A stretch of DNA of 64,000 nucleotides from Eledone cirrhosa (taxonomy: Eukaryota). Below, piece after piece: positions 16,387 to 28,845 of the stretch; the stretch's first letter is position 1, and each line of letters starts with the position of its first letter. Location: NCBI GenBank assembly GCA_964016885.1, contig OZ024747.1, positions 52,018,001 to 52,082,000 of the forward strand, in the 5' to 3' direction. Below the pieces are notes generated by a model, which was not told the DNA's origin, searched no databases, and worked only from the letters and a program-made list of their open reading frames with translations. Position numbers and translations under genes: made by a program.

Positions 16387-16612
16387 CAAGAAGAATACGC
16401 CGACCCACTACACTACCGGATAGACGTATATGGCTACTGGCATATCACAAGGATTGCATAACTGCACCTATGATTGCGTAATCATCTGACGAAGTCACAT
16501 GAATACCTATGTAACAGAAATATACAATAAACAATTATGGTGAATTAATTACGTCTTAACTACCATTATTTCGAGGATTGGCCTTGTGCCTAAAGTAGAA
16601 ACAATTATTTCG

Positions 16613-16798
16613 AGGATTGGCAGTATCGGTAGAAGGTCGGACGCCTTGCTTTCCAACATAGTTACGTCCCTTTACGGTCTGAGTTCAAATCCCGCCGAGG
16701 TTAACTTTACCTTTCATCCTTACGGGGTCGATAAAATAAAGTACCAGTAATGCACTGGGATAATTGCTGGCCTTGTGTCAAAAGTAGAAACTATTATT
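16613..16798 (+). mobile_element. tRNA-derived SINE, family 1
   Basis: Full consensus, preceded by a duplicated tail fragment (16566-16612). Confidence 0.9.
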
Positions 16799-16867
16799 TC
16801 ATAAATGAATAAATGAATACTCCGTCGCTCCTAATCACTTACCTGCGATAAACTACTGACGTGGTGT

Positions 16868-16908
<41 letters not shown>

Positions 16909-17099
16909 TCGATTATGATGACGACGATGATGATGATAGAAATGAGCATGATGGTGACGTAGTCAACAATGGCAATGAAGATGAAGAATACAACGACGCA
17001 GAGTATTGTGAGGATTATGATAATGATGATGATAATGATGAGGACGATGACGACTACGACAACGAAGTTAATGACGATGATGATGATGACGACGATGAC

Positions 17100-17143
<44 letters not shown>

Positions 17144-17904
17144 CGACAACAATGATGACACGGTGATGCTGACAACGATAGTTATGATGGCAGTGACAAT
17201 GGCGATGACATTGGTATTAATGATTATAATTAGATAATAATGCCCATCTCTCTCTTCCTTTGTCTTCTCTCATTCCACTAATTTTAAATCCCTTTACTTC
17301 CCCCACCTCCACCTCAACATCATTCTGTTCTCTTTCACATCCTCCTCATCTTTCTCCTCCTCCTTCTCATTATCATCATCATCATCATCATCATCATTAT
17401 AATCATCGCCCTCATCGTCATCACCGTTACCACAATCAGTTGTAACCTTAGTTTAAATGGTTGTTATATCCGGGTATTCCACCATTTATTTTAACAACTT
17501 CACCTTCAATACATGGTGTATTCTGCTAATACGGTTTTATGTATTCTTATTTCCTTACACCTGGATCCTGTGGGAATATATTAGACATTGATACGTCAAC
17601 CCGGCAGTGTTTCAGTACATATGTACCTGAATCAAGATATCTTCACATCAGACTTTGATCTATTTTCTCATCTCACTTCTTCTTGTCATTACTTAAGATC
17701 ACGTGAGCCTAACTTTACAGAATAATCTAAAACCCGATCTTTATTGCTCAGAATTTAAGAACGATTACAATAATCATTTCTACTTTAGGCACAGGGCCGT
17801 AACTCTATGCTTGCAAAGCATGTTGTCCGACGCTCTATCGATACTGCCAACCCACCACCAATTATAGTATTAAAGCTCATTATCTTTATCCATAGTGAGT
17901 TTGC

Positions 17905-18255
17905 GACCAGATTGAATGGATCTCCGACTGTTTCGGCGATGAATATTCCAGTTGTTTGATCAACGGAACTACCTGCTCGCGATATCAACATGTAGCTGAC
18001 TGAGTATTCCAAAGGCACGTGTACACTTAACGTTATTCTCAGAGAGATGCAACGTGGCACTGTGAAACATAAGCGTGGCTTTTTTAATTACGTCTAAAGT
18101 TTATTCTAAGGTCATCCAAACAGTTTCCGCTTACCCAATTTCACTCACAAGACATGAGTCAACCCGAGGCATAGGTAAATTGCCCAAGAGGTCGTGTTGT
18201 GGGATTATACGCGAGATTTAATTATCGTGAAGCGAACGTCTTAAACACTTGGCAA
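17905..18255 (-). mobile_element. SINE-like dispersed repeat (family 3)
   Basis: Best-preserved copy of the repeat also seen at 1-280, 7740-8095 and 39700-39910. Confidence 0.5.
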
Positions 18256-19524
18256 CGTTGGCCCAAAATTGGTTATATTGGCATCTCTTTTATTTTCTAC
18301 TCATATTTTGTTTTACTATTTAGTCATAAAAAAAAGTTGAGTACTAATTGTCCAATGTGTTTTGAAGGCCGGTAGTTCAAGAGAAGATGGGGCCCAGCTC
18401 GAATGTTTACAACAGAGTGAACAGATACCCAAGAAATACATCATGGTATTAAACCAAATGACTTATTAGTTACTGAGCTGACAACCTCGCAATTGACAAA
18501 TGATGAAGGCAGATGAGCTGCGCTCGGTTGCCCATTGACATGTAGATTGTCCATGGTTTCAGACACTCAACAATTAGGATTGGAAAAGACCAAAATATAT
18601 GTAAAATGCCTGGGGATTACTACATTGGCCGTAAACAACCTCAAATATAATTTCTTTCTATGTAGGAAAACTTGGGAAAGTTTCTACAACAATAAAGTCC
18701 TATATAACTACAGACATTTGTCAGAGTTACTTCTTCCCTAGACTACTGGCATGACCACCAAAGTACTTTATCAAGTTAAATCACAATTGAGTACCAAACA
18801 ACGATATTTTTTTTTCCCAAGAAACAAACTTTAAAAAAATGACCAGGAATTAAAGATATTTTCGCAGTCATTTAAATAGTTCTATTCTGACTTCATTAGA
18901 GTGATTCGTTTTACATATCCCCCCTAATTAATTTTATCTTTTTTTACCCTCTCGCTATACTAATTATTTCCTTTTTAGATTCATTTTCAAGAGATATTTT
19001 TACAATCTGAACAATTCCTCTTCTTTTATGCTTTCTCTTATCACAATTTTTGTAATGTTTGTTGTTGTTTTTTGGTGCTTTTTGTATTTTTTATTTCATC
19101 TTTTCAGCAATTAATAGGTAATTAACCATAATTTTATAGTTTTGATGAAGTTAATTAAGAGAAAAAGATAGTTGTTATTAATAAAACGTTTGTTGAGAAA
19201 ATGAAGCGTTATCAACTTTTCAGAGACATTTTTAGAGGTTGTAGGGGAAGAGAAGGAAGGGGGGTGAGTAGAGAATTCCATATTTCTGCACATACTATCA
19301 AGAATGGTATAGTTATTTATGACCCTTAAATATGAACAACCTTGAAGAAGCTGCTACTCTAACGATGTACTCAATATGTATCGATGTATAATGTATGTGT
19401 GCATATGTACAGATATTTAAAAGTAATTACAAAGATAACAAAACAAACAGCACTGTAAATGGAAGATATATATTAGTCTAACGCTTGAAATAGCAGGAAT
19501 GTATATACGTACATATGTGTGTAA

Positions 19525-19564
<40 letters not shown>

Positions 19565-19699
19565 ATGTGTGTGTGTGTGTACTCTACTATCCCAATTATC
19601 GAGTACTCTGTTGAATAATAATCTAACTACTTTCATACTCCTTCAATCCTGAGAACTAAGCAGTCTTAACCAGTAACAGTTGATCTCAAGACGAAGGGC

Positions 19700-19955
19700 T
19701 TATTAGTCTGGTGCTTATTTTGGTTTACTTAGCGTTTAGTGATTAACAGTGCAAGTCACCCCACTGGACAGGACGCCAATTCAGTGCAGGGTTAATCCAC
19801 CAACTACTGCTGAGGCTTATTTTCAGCTGACGATACTGGATCAAGTGAAATTATCTGATTTGCTCAAGAACACAATACGCAACCCGATCCAGGAATCAAG
19901 CCTACAAGATTATAATCGTAAATACAACACACTAACCACTAGGGTATATGCTTTT
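19700..19955 (-). mobile_element. Diverged tRNA-derived SINE related to family 2
   Basis: Minus-strand head CTAGTGGTTAGTG..TTGATTCC followed by GTTCTTGAGCAA. Confidence 0.5.
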
Positions 19956-20063
19956 ACACACACAAGCAAGCACTACTTTTGAAAAGCATAAGAAATGTGA
20001 AACCGGTAAAGGAAACAATTAAATATTCTTAAAAAGACTCCAGTTGCATTTTCGATTTCCTTT

Positions 20064-20129
<66 letters not shown>

Positions 20130-20173
20130 AAGTTAAATAAAAGTCAAATGATTAAAATTTAGCTTCGTTTATT

Positions 20174-20228
20174 ACTGCTATATATATTTCAGTGACAGCC
20201 ATCTTTGGCTGTGACCTCTTTAGGCAAT
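20174..20228 (-). ncRNA. Hammerhead motif with one core mutation (family E)
   Basis: Minus: ATTGC-CTAAAGA-GGTCACAGCC-AAAGAT-GGCTGTCACT-GAAA-TATATA-TA-GCAGT. G5>A in the core. Confidence 0.6.
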
Positions 20229-20396
20229 TTGAATTAGTATGGTATAGACAAGTACATATGTTGTTTAGGTGTATAATATTGTCAATACTCTGATATGCCC
20301 AGTTCCTTGTTGGGTTGTTAATTCACTGAGGAACTGGAGTCATATCGAGTGCTCCAGCCTGCATACTGAGGTGTTGGTATACAACCAACATAAACT

Positions 20397-20529
<133 letters not shown>

Positions 20530-20661
20530 GAGGTTATATTTAATTTGTTGGGATTCAACAAGCTTAAAAAATATTTGTAACTAATATAAAGCACTCAACA
20601 ATTTAGTGGATTAAATATACAATATATTAATAAATGGAAACTATATTTATAAAACCATAAT

Positions 20662-20727
20662 TATTTTATTATATATATTTCAAGAGCAACCAAGGTAAAT
20701 TATGGTGCGCTTTCATCAGATAAAATA
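20662..20727 (-). ncRNA. Minimal hammerhead ribozyme (family A)
   Basis: Reverse complement of the 20878-20943 motif. Confidence 0.8.
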
Positions 20728-20877
20728 CAGATTTGTTTTATAAATAAATATTGACATACCCGGAAAAAAGATAACCTCAACGGTTGAAATTCGCTGGAGA
20801 GACTATCCAGCGAATTTCAACCGTTGAGGTTATCTTTTTTCCGGGATATGTCAATATTTATTTATAAAACAAATCTG

Positions 20878-20943
20878 TATTTTATCTGATGAAAGCGCAC
20901 CATAATTTACCTTGGTTGCTCTTGAAATATATATAATAAAATA
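20878..20943 (+). ncRNA. Minimal hammerhead ribozyme (family A)
   Basis: TATTTTAT-CTGATGA-AAGCGCACC..GGTTGCTCTT-GAAA-TATATA-TA-ATAAAATA. Confidence 0.8.
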
Positions 20944-21002
20944 ATTATGGTTTTATAAATATAATTTCCATTTATTAATATATTGTATATATATATGTGT
21001 GT

Positions 21003-21038
<36 letters not shown>

Positions 21039-21169
21039 GTATAATTATATATGTATATATATATATGTAAATGTATAAATGTATGTATTTATGTCAGTTG
21101 TAAAATATAGGACCACCAAACTGGTAAAAGGCTCGGCTAGATTCTAAAGGTAAGTTCCCAAAACAGATT

Positions 21170-22865
21170 ATAGCTCGAAACCAGATGTGAAATATAGGAC
21201 ACCATACCTGGAAATAGCCTAGACCAGATGTGAAACGTAGGACACCATAGCTGGAAATAGTCTAAGCCAGATGTGAAATGTTGGACACCATACCTGTAAA
21301 TAGTCTAGACCAGATGTGAAATGTGGGACACCATACCTGGAAATAGCCTAGACCAGATGTGGAATGTAGAACACCATACCTGGAAATAGCTTAGACCAGG
21401 TGTGAGATGTAGGACACCATAGCTGGAAATAGTCTAAGCCAGATGTGAAATGTAGGACACCATACCTGGAAATAGTCTAGACCAGATGTGAAATGTGGGA
21501 CACCATACCTGGAAATAGCCTAGACCAAATGTGGAATGAAGGACACCATACCTGGAAATAGCATAGACCAGGTGTGAGATGTTGGACACCATACCTGGAA
21601 ATAGCCTAGACCAGATGTGGAATGAAGGACACCATACCTGGAAATAGCCTAGACCAGATGTGGAATGTGGGACACCATACCTGGAAATAGCCTAGACCAG
21701 ATGTGGAATGAAGAACACCACACCTGGAAATAGCCTAGACCAGATGTGAAATGTGGGACACCATACCTGGAAATAGCCTAGACCAGATGTGGAATGAAGA
21801 ACACCACACCTGGAAATAGCCTAGACCAGGTGTGAGATGTTGGACACCATACCTGGAAATAGCCTAGACCAGATGTGAAATGTTGGACACCATACTGGAA
21901 ATAGCCTAGACCAGATGTGGAATGAAGAACACCACACCTGGAAATAGCCTAGACCAGGTGTGAGATGTTGGACACCATACCTGGAAATAGCCTAGACCAG
22001 ATGTGAAATGTTGGACACCATACTGGAAATAGCCTAGACCAGATGTGGAATGAAGAACACCACACCTGGAAATAGCCTAGACCAGGTGTGAGATGTTGGA
22101 CACCATACCTGGAAATAGCCTAGACCAGATGTGAAATGTTGGACACCATACTGGAAATAGCCTAGACCAGATGTGGAATGAAGAACACCACACCTGGAAA
22201 TAGCCTAGACCAGGTGTGAGATGTTGGACACCATACCTGGAAATAGCCTAGACCAGATGTGAAATGTTGGACACCATACTGGAAATAGCCTAGACCAGAT
22301 GTGGAATGAAGAACACCACACCTGGAAATAGCCTAGACCAGGTGTGAGATGTTGGACACCATACCTGGAAATAGCCTAGACCAGATGTGAAATGTTGGAC
22401 ACCATACTGGAAATAGCCTAGACCAGATGTGAAATGTTGGACACCATAGCTGGAAATAGACTAGACCAGGTGTGAGATGTAGGACACCATAGCTGGAAAT
22501 AGCCTAGACCAGATGTGAAATGTTGGACACCATAGCTGGAAATAGCCTAGACCAGGTGTGAAATGTTGGACACCATAGCTGGAAATAGCCTAGACCAGGT
22601 GTGAGATGTAGGACACCATAGCTGGAAATAGACTAGACCAGGTGTGAGATGTAGGACACCATAGCTGGAAATAGACTAGACCAGGTGTGAGATATAGGAC
22701 ACCATAGCTGGAAATAGCCTAGACCAGGTGTGAGATGTAGGGCACCATAGCTGGAAATAGCCTAGACCAGGTGTGAGATGTAGGACACCATAGCTGGAAA
22801 TAGCCTAGACCAGGTGTGAGATGTAGGGCACCATAGCTGGAAATAGACTAGACCAGGTGTGAAAT
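21170..22865. repeat. 43-bp tandem minisatellite (~40 units) with a 128-bp higher-order block
   Basis: Unit GGACACCATACCTGGAAATAGCCTAGACCAGATGTGAAATGT(A/T/G). CCAGATG occurs at 21181 and 21224. Confidence 0.95.
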
Positions 22866-23196
22866 AGTCACCATTTCAAACATTATGTTTTTTTATTTAC
22901 AATGTGTAGGATTCGGCTGTATAAATGTACATGTGGTATACATGTAGTGTACATATAGTGTACATGTATACGTAGTGTACATGTATAAGTAGCATATATC
23001 AATATACTCGTAACTTCAGTGGATGAAGGGGGCCTAAGGAAGACTGAAGAGATTTATTGAGACAAGATAAGACTAAAGTAGAATGTTCAGTCATACGGAG
23101 AGATGAGATGGAGATGAACCTGATATCATTTAGTTTGTGAGTGAATTCATTCACCATATAGGCATGTAAGCCAGTTGTATGTATACATACATACTG

Positions 23197-23259
<63 letters not shown>

Positions 23260-23566
23260 TATATATATATATACATATATATAGAGAGAGAGATAATATA
23301 TATATAGTATATATATATATATATATATATGTATACACTGTATTATACAGTATAAATATATGTGTGTGTATGTGTGTGCGTGCGGATACGCACACATAGT
23401 GTTTACGTTGTTGGTGATTAGCTTCATATAGGGAACGAACCTGGTTCAATTTAGAGATGCATCCATCAGAATGACATGCAACTTCCGCCATTCGCCTGAT
23501 TTGCTGATGTAAGCTACACAAACATATACACACGCGTGCTCACACGCACACACATATACACACACT

Positions 23567-23645
<79 letters not shown>

Positions 23646-23729
23646 TTCAAATAAAGCCCAAATTCCTCATATATATATATATATATATATACATATCCAT
23701 ACACTTATATATACATATATATATATATA

Positions 23730-23784
<55 letters not shown>

Positions 23785-23876
23785 GTGCATATATATATAT
23801 ATATAGATATATATAGATAGATAGATATATATATATATATATTCTCATGTTTTTTATATATATATATATGTATATA

Positions 23877-23939
<63 letters not shown>

Positions 23940-23947
23940 TCATGTTT

Positions 23948-24022
<75 letters not shown>

Positions 24023-24299
24023 TTTTTTTAATATATATATATATACTCATGTTTTTTATATATATGTATATATATACACATATACATATATGTATATATG
24101 AATGTATCTAAACTTGACTGCAGTATATACATGTATCCAGTATGGTGGTGTGGGGTGGGGTGGGGCTCATCCCGGCAGTTATCTGACATGCTGCTGTGCA
24201 ATAAAGGTGGTATCGAGGACGGTGGGATCTCTGTAGGGCGTGGGATGATGGCGGATTGTAAAGATCATGACAACGGTGACGATAATAGTCATCAATGAA

Positions 24300-24421
24300 G
24301 GTTATGATGATGTTGCTTCCGCTGATGCTGATGATGATGATGATGATGATGATGATGAGGAGGAGGAGGAGGAGGAGGAGGAGGAGGAGGAGGAGGAGGA
24401 TAGTGATGTTAATGATGATGG

Positions 24422-24474
<53 letters not shown>

Positions 24475-24718
24475 GTGATGATGATGTTGATGGTGATGGT
24501 GATGATTATGATGATGCTGATGATGATGATGGTGATGATGATGTTGATGGTGATGGTGATGATGATGTTGATGGTGATGGTGATGATGATGTTGATGGTG
24601 ATGTTGATGATGATGATGATGATGATGATGACGGTGATGATGATGATGTTGATGGTGATGGTGATGATTATGATGATGCTGATGATGATGATGGTGATGA
24701 TGATGTTGATGGTGATGG

Positions 24719-24760
<42 letters not shown>

Positions 24761-24763
24761 CGG

Positions 24764-24807
<44 letters not shown>

Positions 24808-24820
24808 TTAATGATGACGG

Positions 24821-24861
<41 letters not shown>

Positions 24862-24874
24862 TTAATGATGATGG

Positions 24875-24909
<35 letters not shown>

Positions 24910-24996
24910 TTAATGATGATGGTGATGATGATGATGATGATGATGATGATGTTAATGATGATGGTGATGATGATGGTGATGATGATGATGATGTTA

Positions 24997-25042
<46 letters not shown>

Positions 25043-25046
25043 CGAC
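24300..25046. repeat. (GAT)n/(GAG)n compound microsatellite
   Basis: Direct reading. Confidence 0.95.
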
Positions 25047-25349
25047 TGTAATAATTCCCAATTTCAATATGTATCTTAACAAGATATTTCTGATGGAAAT
25101 ATTCCAAACACTGAGACTATATCACCATGTGGTCCAATGTTTTACACTTTATATAGATGCATCTGTCACTACTGGTATGTTTCTATGTGTATATACAAAC
25201 ACACATATACGCACATAAACAAAGACACGCATAAACACACACGCCAACACACACACACACACCCATGAAGTTTCGTCAATAACCCTAGGGCGCGGAGAGT
25301 TTCCTTAAGGGCACGTTTCCAATCGCTTATGCAGCCAAGTATATATACG

Positions 25350-25420
<71 letters not shown>

Positions 25421-25435
25421 ATGTGTGTATGTATG

Positions 25436-25508
<73 letters not shown>

Positions 25509-25666
25509 AGATGGGAAAGACAAAAGAATGTACACAAAAATATAACCAATTTTATATACAGTAATACAGTTTATTTAGGAGTTAATAATATTATTACATA
25601 CAGTAACTTACTTTCCAAATATTTTCACAGTACTCACACGTCTATCTGTTCTCTTCCTGTCCGAAC

Positions 25667-25702
25667 TTTCCTGAAGAAGGACTTCTGTCCGAAACGTTGA
25701 AA
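25667..25702 (+). ncRNA. Minimal hammerhead ribozyme (family B)
   Basis: TTTC-CTGAAGA-A-GGAC-TTCT-GTCC-GAAA-CG-TT-GAAA. Confidence 0.7.
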
Positions 25703-25788
25703 CCTTCTCCACTTACTCCAAGTGTGAACCTAATATAACTGTGTAATTTTGCCTCCTGTCTTTCGTTTTGTTTCATTTATTAATTATA

Positions 25789-25830
<42 letters not shown>

Positions 25831-26100
25831 AACATAGAAATTTTGTATATACTCTACTAATGTATTGAGTATTCCATTTACAGTGGTTACTTCTGATTGG
25901 ACACGTGACTCACACACTCACACACATATGTATATATATATAAATTAAATAGAATATGTGTTAGTTTATCATCGACACTTTAGTATGCAAGTTAGAGCAC
26001 TCAATCAAGTACACAAGTGCGTTTGTTTACTCCGGAGTATATTTATAATCACGAAGTACATATCAACAGGTTATAATTCACTTTGTTTATATCCATAATC

Positions 26101-26150
26101 GCTGTTATATATATTTCGGTGGTGCAACAGTTATGACCCCATCAGACAGC
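26101..26150 (-). ncRNA. Hammerhead motif with one core mutation (family F)
   Basis: Minus: GCTGT-CTGATGG-GGT..ACC-GAAA-TATATA-TA-ACAGC. A9>G in the core. Confidence 0.6.
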
Positions 26151-26699
26151 TAGAAGTTGAACAGAAAAAAAAAACCCAGAAAAACATGAAGAAGAAATAA
26201 AGCTTACTTCTGTTGTTTCGATTTATTGATATGCTCCGGGCTGATATTTGAAGTTGCTCTCTCAAATCACCGGTGACATATGACTTAGAATAAGCAGACT
26301 CACAGCATCAACAAAACGGGGTATATAAGGCAATTATCAATTAGTCAGAGTTAGCTTCACCACAATATCATTAAGTCATTTGAATTCCTTAGTCTCGCCA
26401 TGAAAATTGAGCCCGTATGCATGTGTTAGAGTTCGAGACCTTCAATTGACATCTCTTGACCTTAAATAAATCAAGAATCCAATGTAATAATCTATATTAT
26501 CCTGCAATATGGGGGTACATTTTAATATTGGTAAGTATATATTTTTAAAAAAAAACGGAAAAATAAGGGAAAGACAAGGGCTCCAGGATTCAATAGTGTA
26601 AAAACACATACACATGTACACCATGTCCGAACACAGAAGAGCCGTACCCCCACCACCACCAGCTCTCTCTTTTATGAGCAAATGGGGTCCCAACTGCTG

Positions 26700-27203
26700 G
26701 CCGGCCCATGGTCCCGACGGACAGAATAGAGAAGGCGTTTCCTCGGAGGATGGTGAGGGGGATGCACTGGAAGAGCCATTCCAGCTCGCGAGGCGCACAC
26801 ATGCGGTTAGCCAGCTCAGCGCCTATGGTGGTGAGTAGAGAGATGCCATAGGGCAAATGACACCAGATGATCCATTGCTACGGGCTCGACAGCAAACTTG
26901 TCGGAGAGCGACCGATATTTGGAGAGTTTACGCTCCTCAACCCGAAGTGCAGCAGAACCTGGGTTAGTCGCAGACTGTACAAGGTTTCCACTGGAGAATG
27001 GGTCGCTGCATGTGGCATCTCTGACGAGAGGTTTACCACCGCCGAACGGGAAGGTGGTCATGCTGTCAGGCCATCTGCCGTCCCCTCGGTCTAGCTCCAC
27101 CGGCTCGAGCTGGGAGGGGAAGCCTGCAACATCCAAGCCATGATTTATGATTTCGTTGAGAGCAGCATGGTGTGGAAGGCGGCCGGGCCTATAGCAACAG
27201 GAG
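26700..27203 (-). pseudogene. CRE-like non-LTR retrotransposon, C-terminal restriction-like endonuclease fragment (frameshifted)
   Basis: Minus: SCCYRPGRLPHHAALNEIINHGLDVAGFPSQLEPVELDRGDGRWPDSMT..VRDATCSD..EERKLSKY..EPVA, then after a frameshift ELEWLFQCIPLTILRGNA. Paralog of 35945-36403. Confidence 0.85.
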
Positions 27204-27407
27204 TCTCTTACAATAAAATAGCTCTAGGAAAGAGATTTTTCCGTATATTATAATTGAATATAAAAGAGAGAAAAAAACAGATATATACATATTTGTGTTC
27301 AAATCGTAAGGGACCAGATTCGCTAAGGTGAAAAAAATGCTAACTATGGACAATAGGGTTTGCCAGACTCAATTTAAGAATAAATCAAGAAAATAAATAA
27401 CTACCAA

Positions 27408-27487
27408 TCACCCAGACAGCGTTTGGCTATGCTGTTTCACAAATTAATTGTGAAGAGGATTACCAATTTTTGCTCATCAGTGGGTGA
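27408..27487 (-). ncRNA. Canonical type I hammerhead ribozyme (family G), GUC site
   Basis: Minus: TCACCCA-CTGATGA-GCAAAAATTG..CAATTAATTTGT-GAAA-CAGC-ATAGCCAAAC-GCTG-TC-TGGGTGA. 7-bp stem I, full stem III, intact core. Confidence 0.9.
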
Positions 27488-27654
27488 AGAACTAGTAAGC
27501 CCCTCACTTCTAAGTATATCAGAAAACTGAATTGTGAGTACTCTGTACTATAGATAGTTTTAACGTTCGGCGTTGTTTGACTCAACAAGAGGTTTCCTTG
27601 GTTAGGTAGCGAGTTTGCGAGAATTATCTTGTAGGTTATTCTTGGAGTAATAAT

Positions 27655-27913
27655 AGTGAAAGTGTGAAGAATAACATGGTCAGGGCGAGTCTAAATTGCA
27701 TCACTCGACCTTAAATACAGTGTGTGTCTCTGATCAAATCATCTGCAGTATTCTGATGATCTGATCAGAGACACGCACTGTATTTAAGGTCGAGTGACGC
27801 AATTTCGAGTGATCAGCGGGCTTTAGACTCGCCCTGATCAATGAAACAATTGTTAATACTGTAAATAAAACCCTTTTTGTACAGCCGACCATGTTATTCT
27901 TCACCCTTTCACT
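27655..27913. repeat. Fold-back with a deleted left arm around a hammerhead (family I)
   Basis: 27655-27745 is a reverse complement of 27753-27913 with two internal deletions. Confidence 0.8.
27744..27863 (+). ncRNA. Type I hammerhead with extended (~83 nt) stem II (family I)
   Basis: TGCAGTATT-CTGATGA-TC-TGATCAG...CTGATCA-AT-GAAA-CAATTG-TT-AATACTGTA. 9-bp stem I, palindromic CAATTG stem III. Confidence 0.7.
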
Positions 27914-27933
27914 ATATATATATATATATATAT

Positions 27934-27991
27934 AAACAATTTTGATTGGTCGGTAGAGGTCATGACCTCTACCGACCAATCAAAATTGTTT
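27934..27991. repeat. Perfect 58-bp palindrome without loop
   Basis: AAACAATTTTGATTGGTCGGTAGAGGTCA|TGACCTCTACCGACCAATCAAAATTGTTT. Confidence 0.95.
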
Positions 27992-28520
27992 TGACCACAA
28001 GAATTTTTGCAACACCAAAGTAACGCTGGAGCCACTTTTTTAACATAAAAACAGGTCGAATTCCCAAAACTAATCAGATCAGAGCAAACAACACGGACAC
28101 TCTATCTCAAAATTATTTTTGAAAAGCATTTAGAAATGCGCAACCGGTAAAAACTTAAAAACTTAAAACCACAACTGAATACTAACCCATACAATCACTA
28201 ATACTCTTTTATTCCTAATTAAACCGTTTTTCAACTGTGAACAATTTGTCAGCATTTTCTATTCCGTTTACCAATATATAATAACTTGTGTGTTACACCT
28301 CTATTCTTTTAACTATATATATATATATATATATATCGGGAGAAAGTGATACAAACAAAAATAAATAAATGAATAATGAAATGAATAATCCAGACAACAT
28401 TGCTTTTGTTTTATTTTTTAACTTGAAAAATATAGGGGAATTATGAAAGATGTAATGAGGTGATTAAACAATGAATTTAATGACTAAATGAATGGGAACT
28501 AAAGAAGAAATACTAGAAAA

Positions 28521-28845
28521 ATAATTGTTTTTACTTTAGGCACAAGGCCAGCAATTTAGCCAGTGCATTACTGGTACTTTATTTTATCGACCCCGTAAGG
28601 ATGAAAGGCAAAGTTAACCTCGGCGGGATTTAGAAAAATAATGGTTTCTGATGTAGGCACTAGGCCAGCAACTTTGGGGCAGGGTAAAGTCGATTAAATC
28701 GACCCCAGTGCGTGACTGGTACTTTATTTTATCGACACCGTAAGGTTGAAAGGGAAAATTAACCTCGGCGGGATTTGAACTCAGAACGTAAATAGCTATA
28801 ACTATATGCTGCAACACACAATGTCTGACGCTCTACCGATTCTGT
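28521..28845 (-). mobile_element. Two tandem family 1 SINE copies (partial plus long variant)
   Basis: Consensus matches. The second copy carries the extra GGGGTCGATTTAATCGACTT segment. Confidence 0.85.

Noticed and set aside
18490-18552. Hammerhead-like GACAA..TGATGA..TTGTC
   Set aside because: Lacks C3 and the GAAA core.
21170-22865. CRISPR-like regular array
   Set aside because: Units are contiguous with no unique spacers, there are no cas genes, and the context is eukaryotic.
24267-25079. Poly-Asp/Glu ORF resembling an acidic biomineralisation protein
   Set aside because: Pure (GAT)n microsatellite, open in several frames, with no signal peptide or synonymous codon variation.
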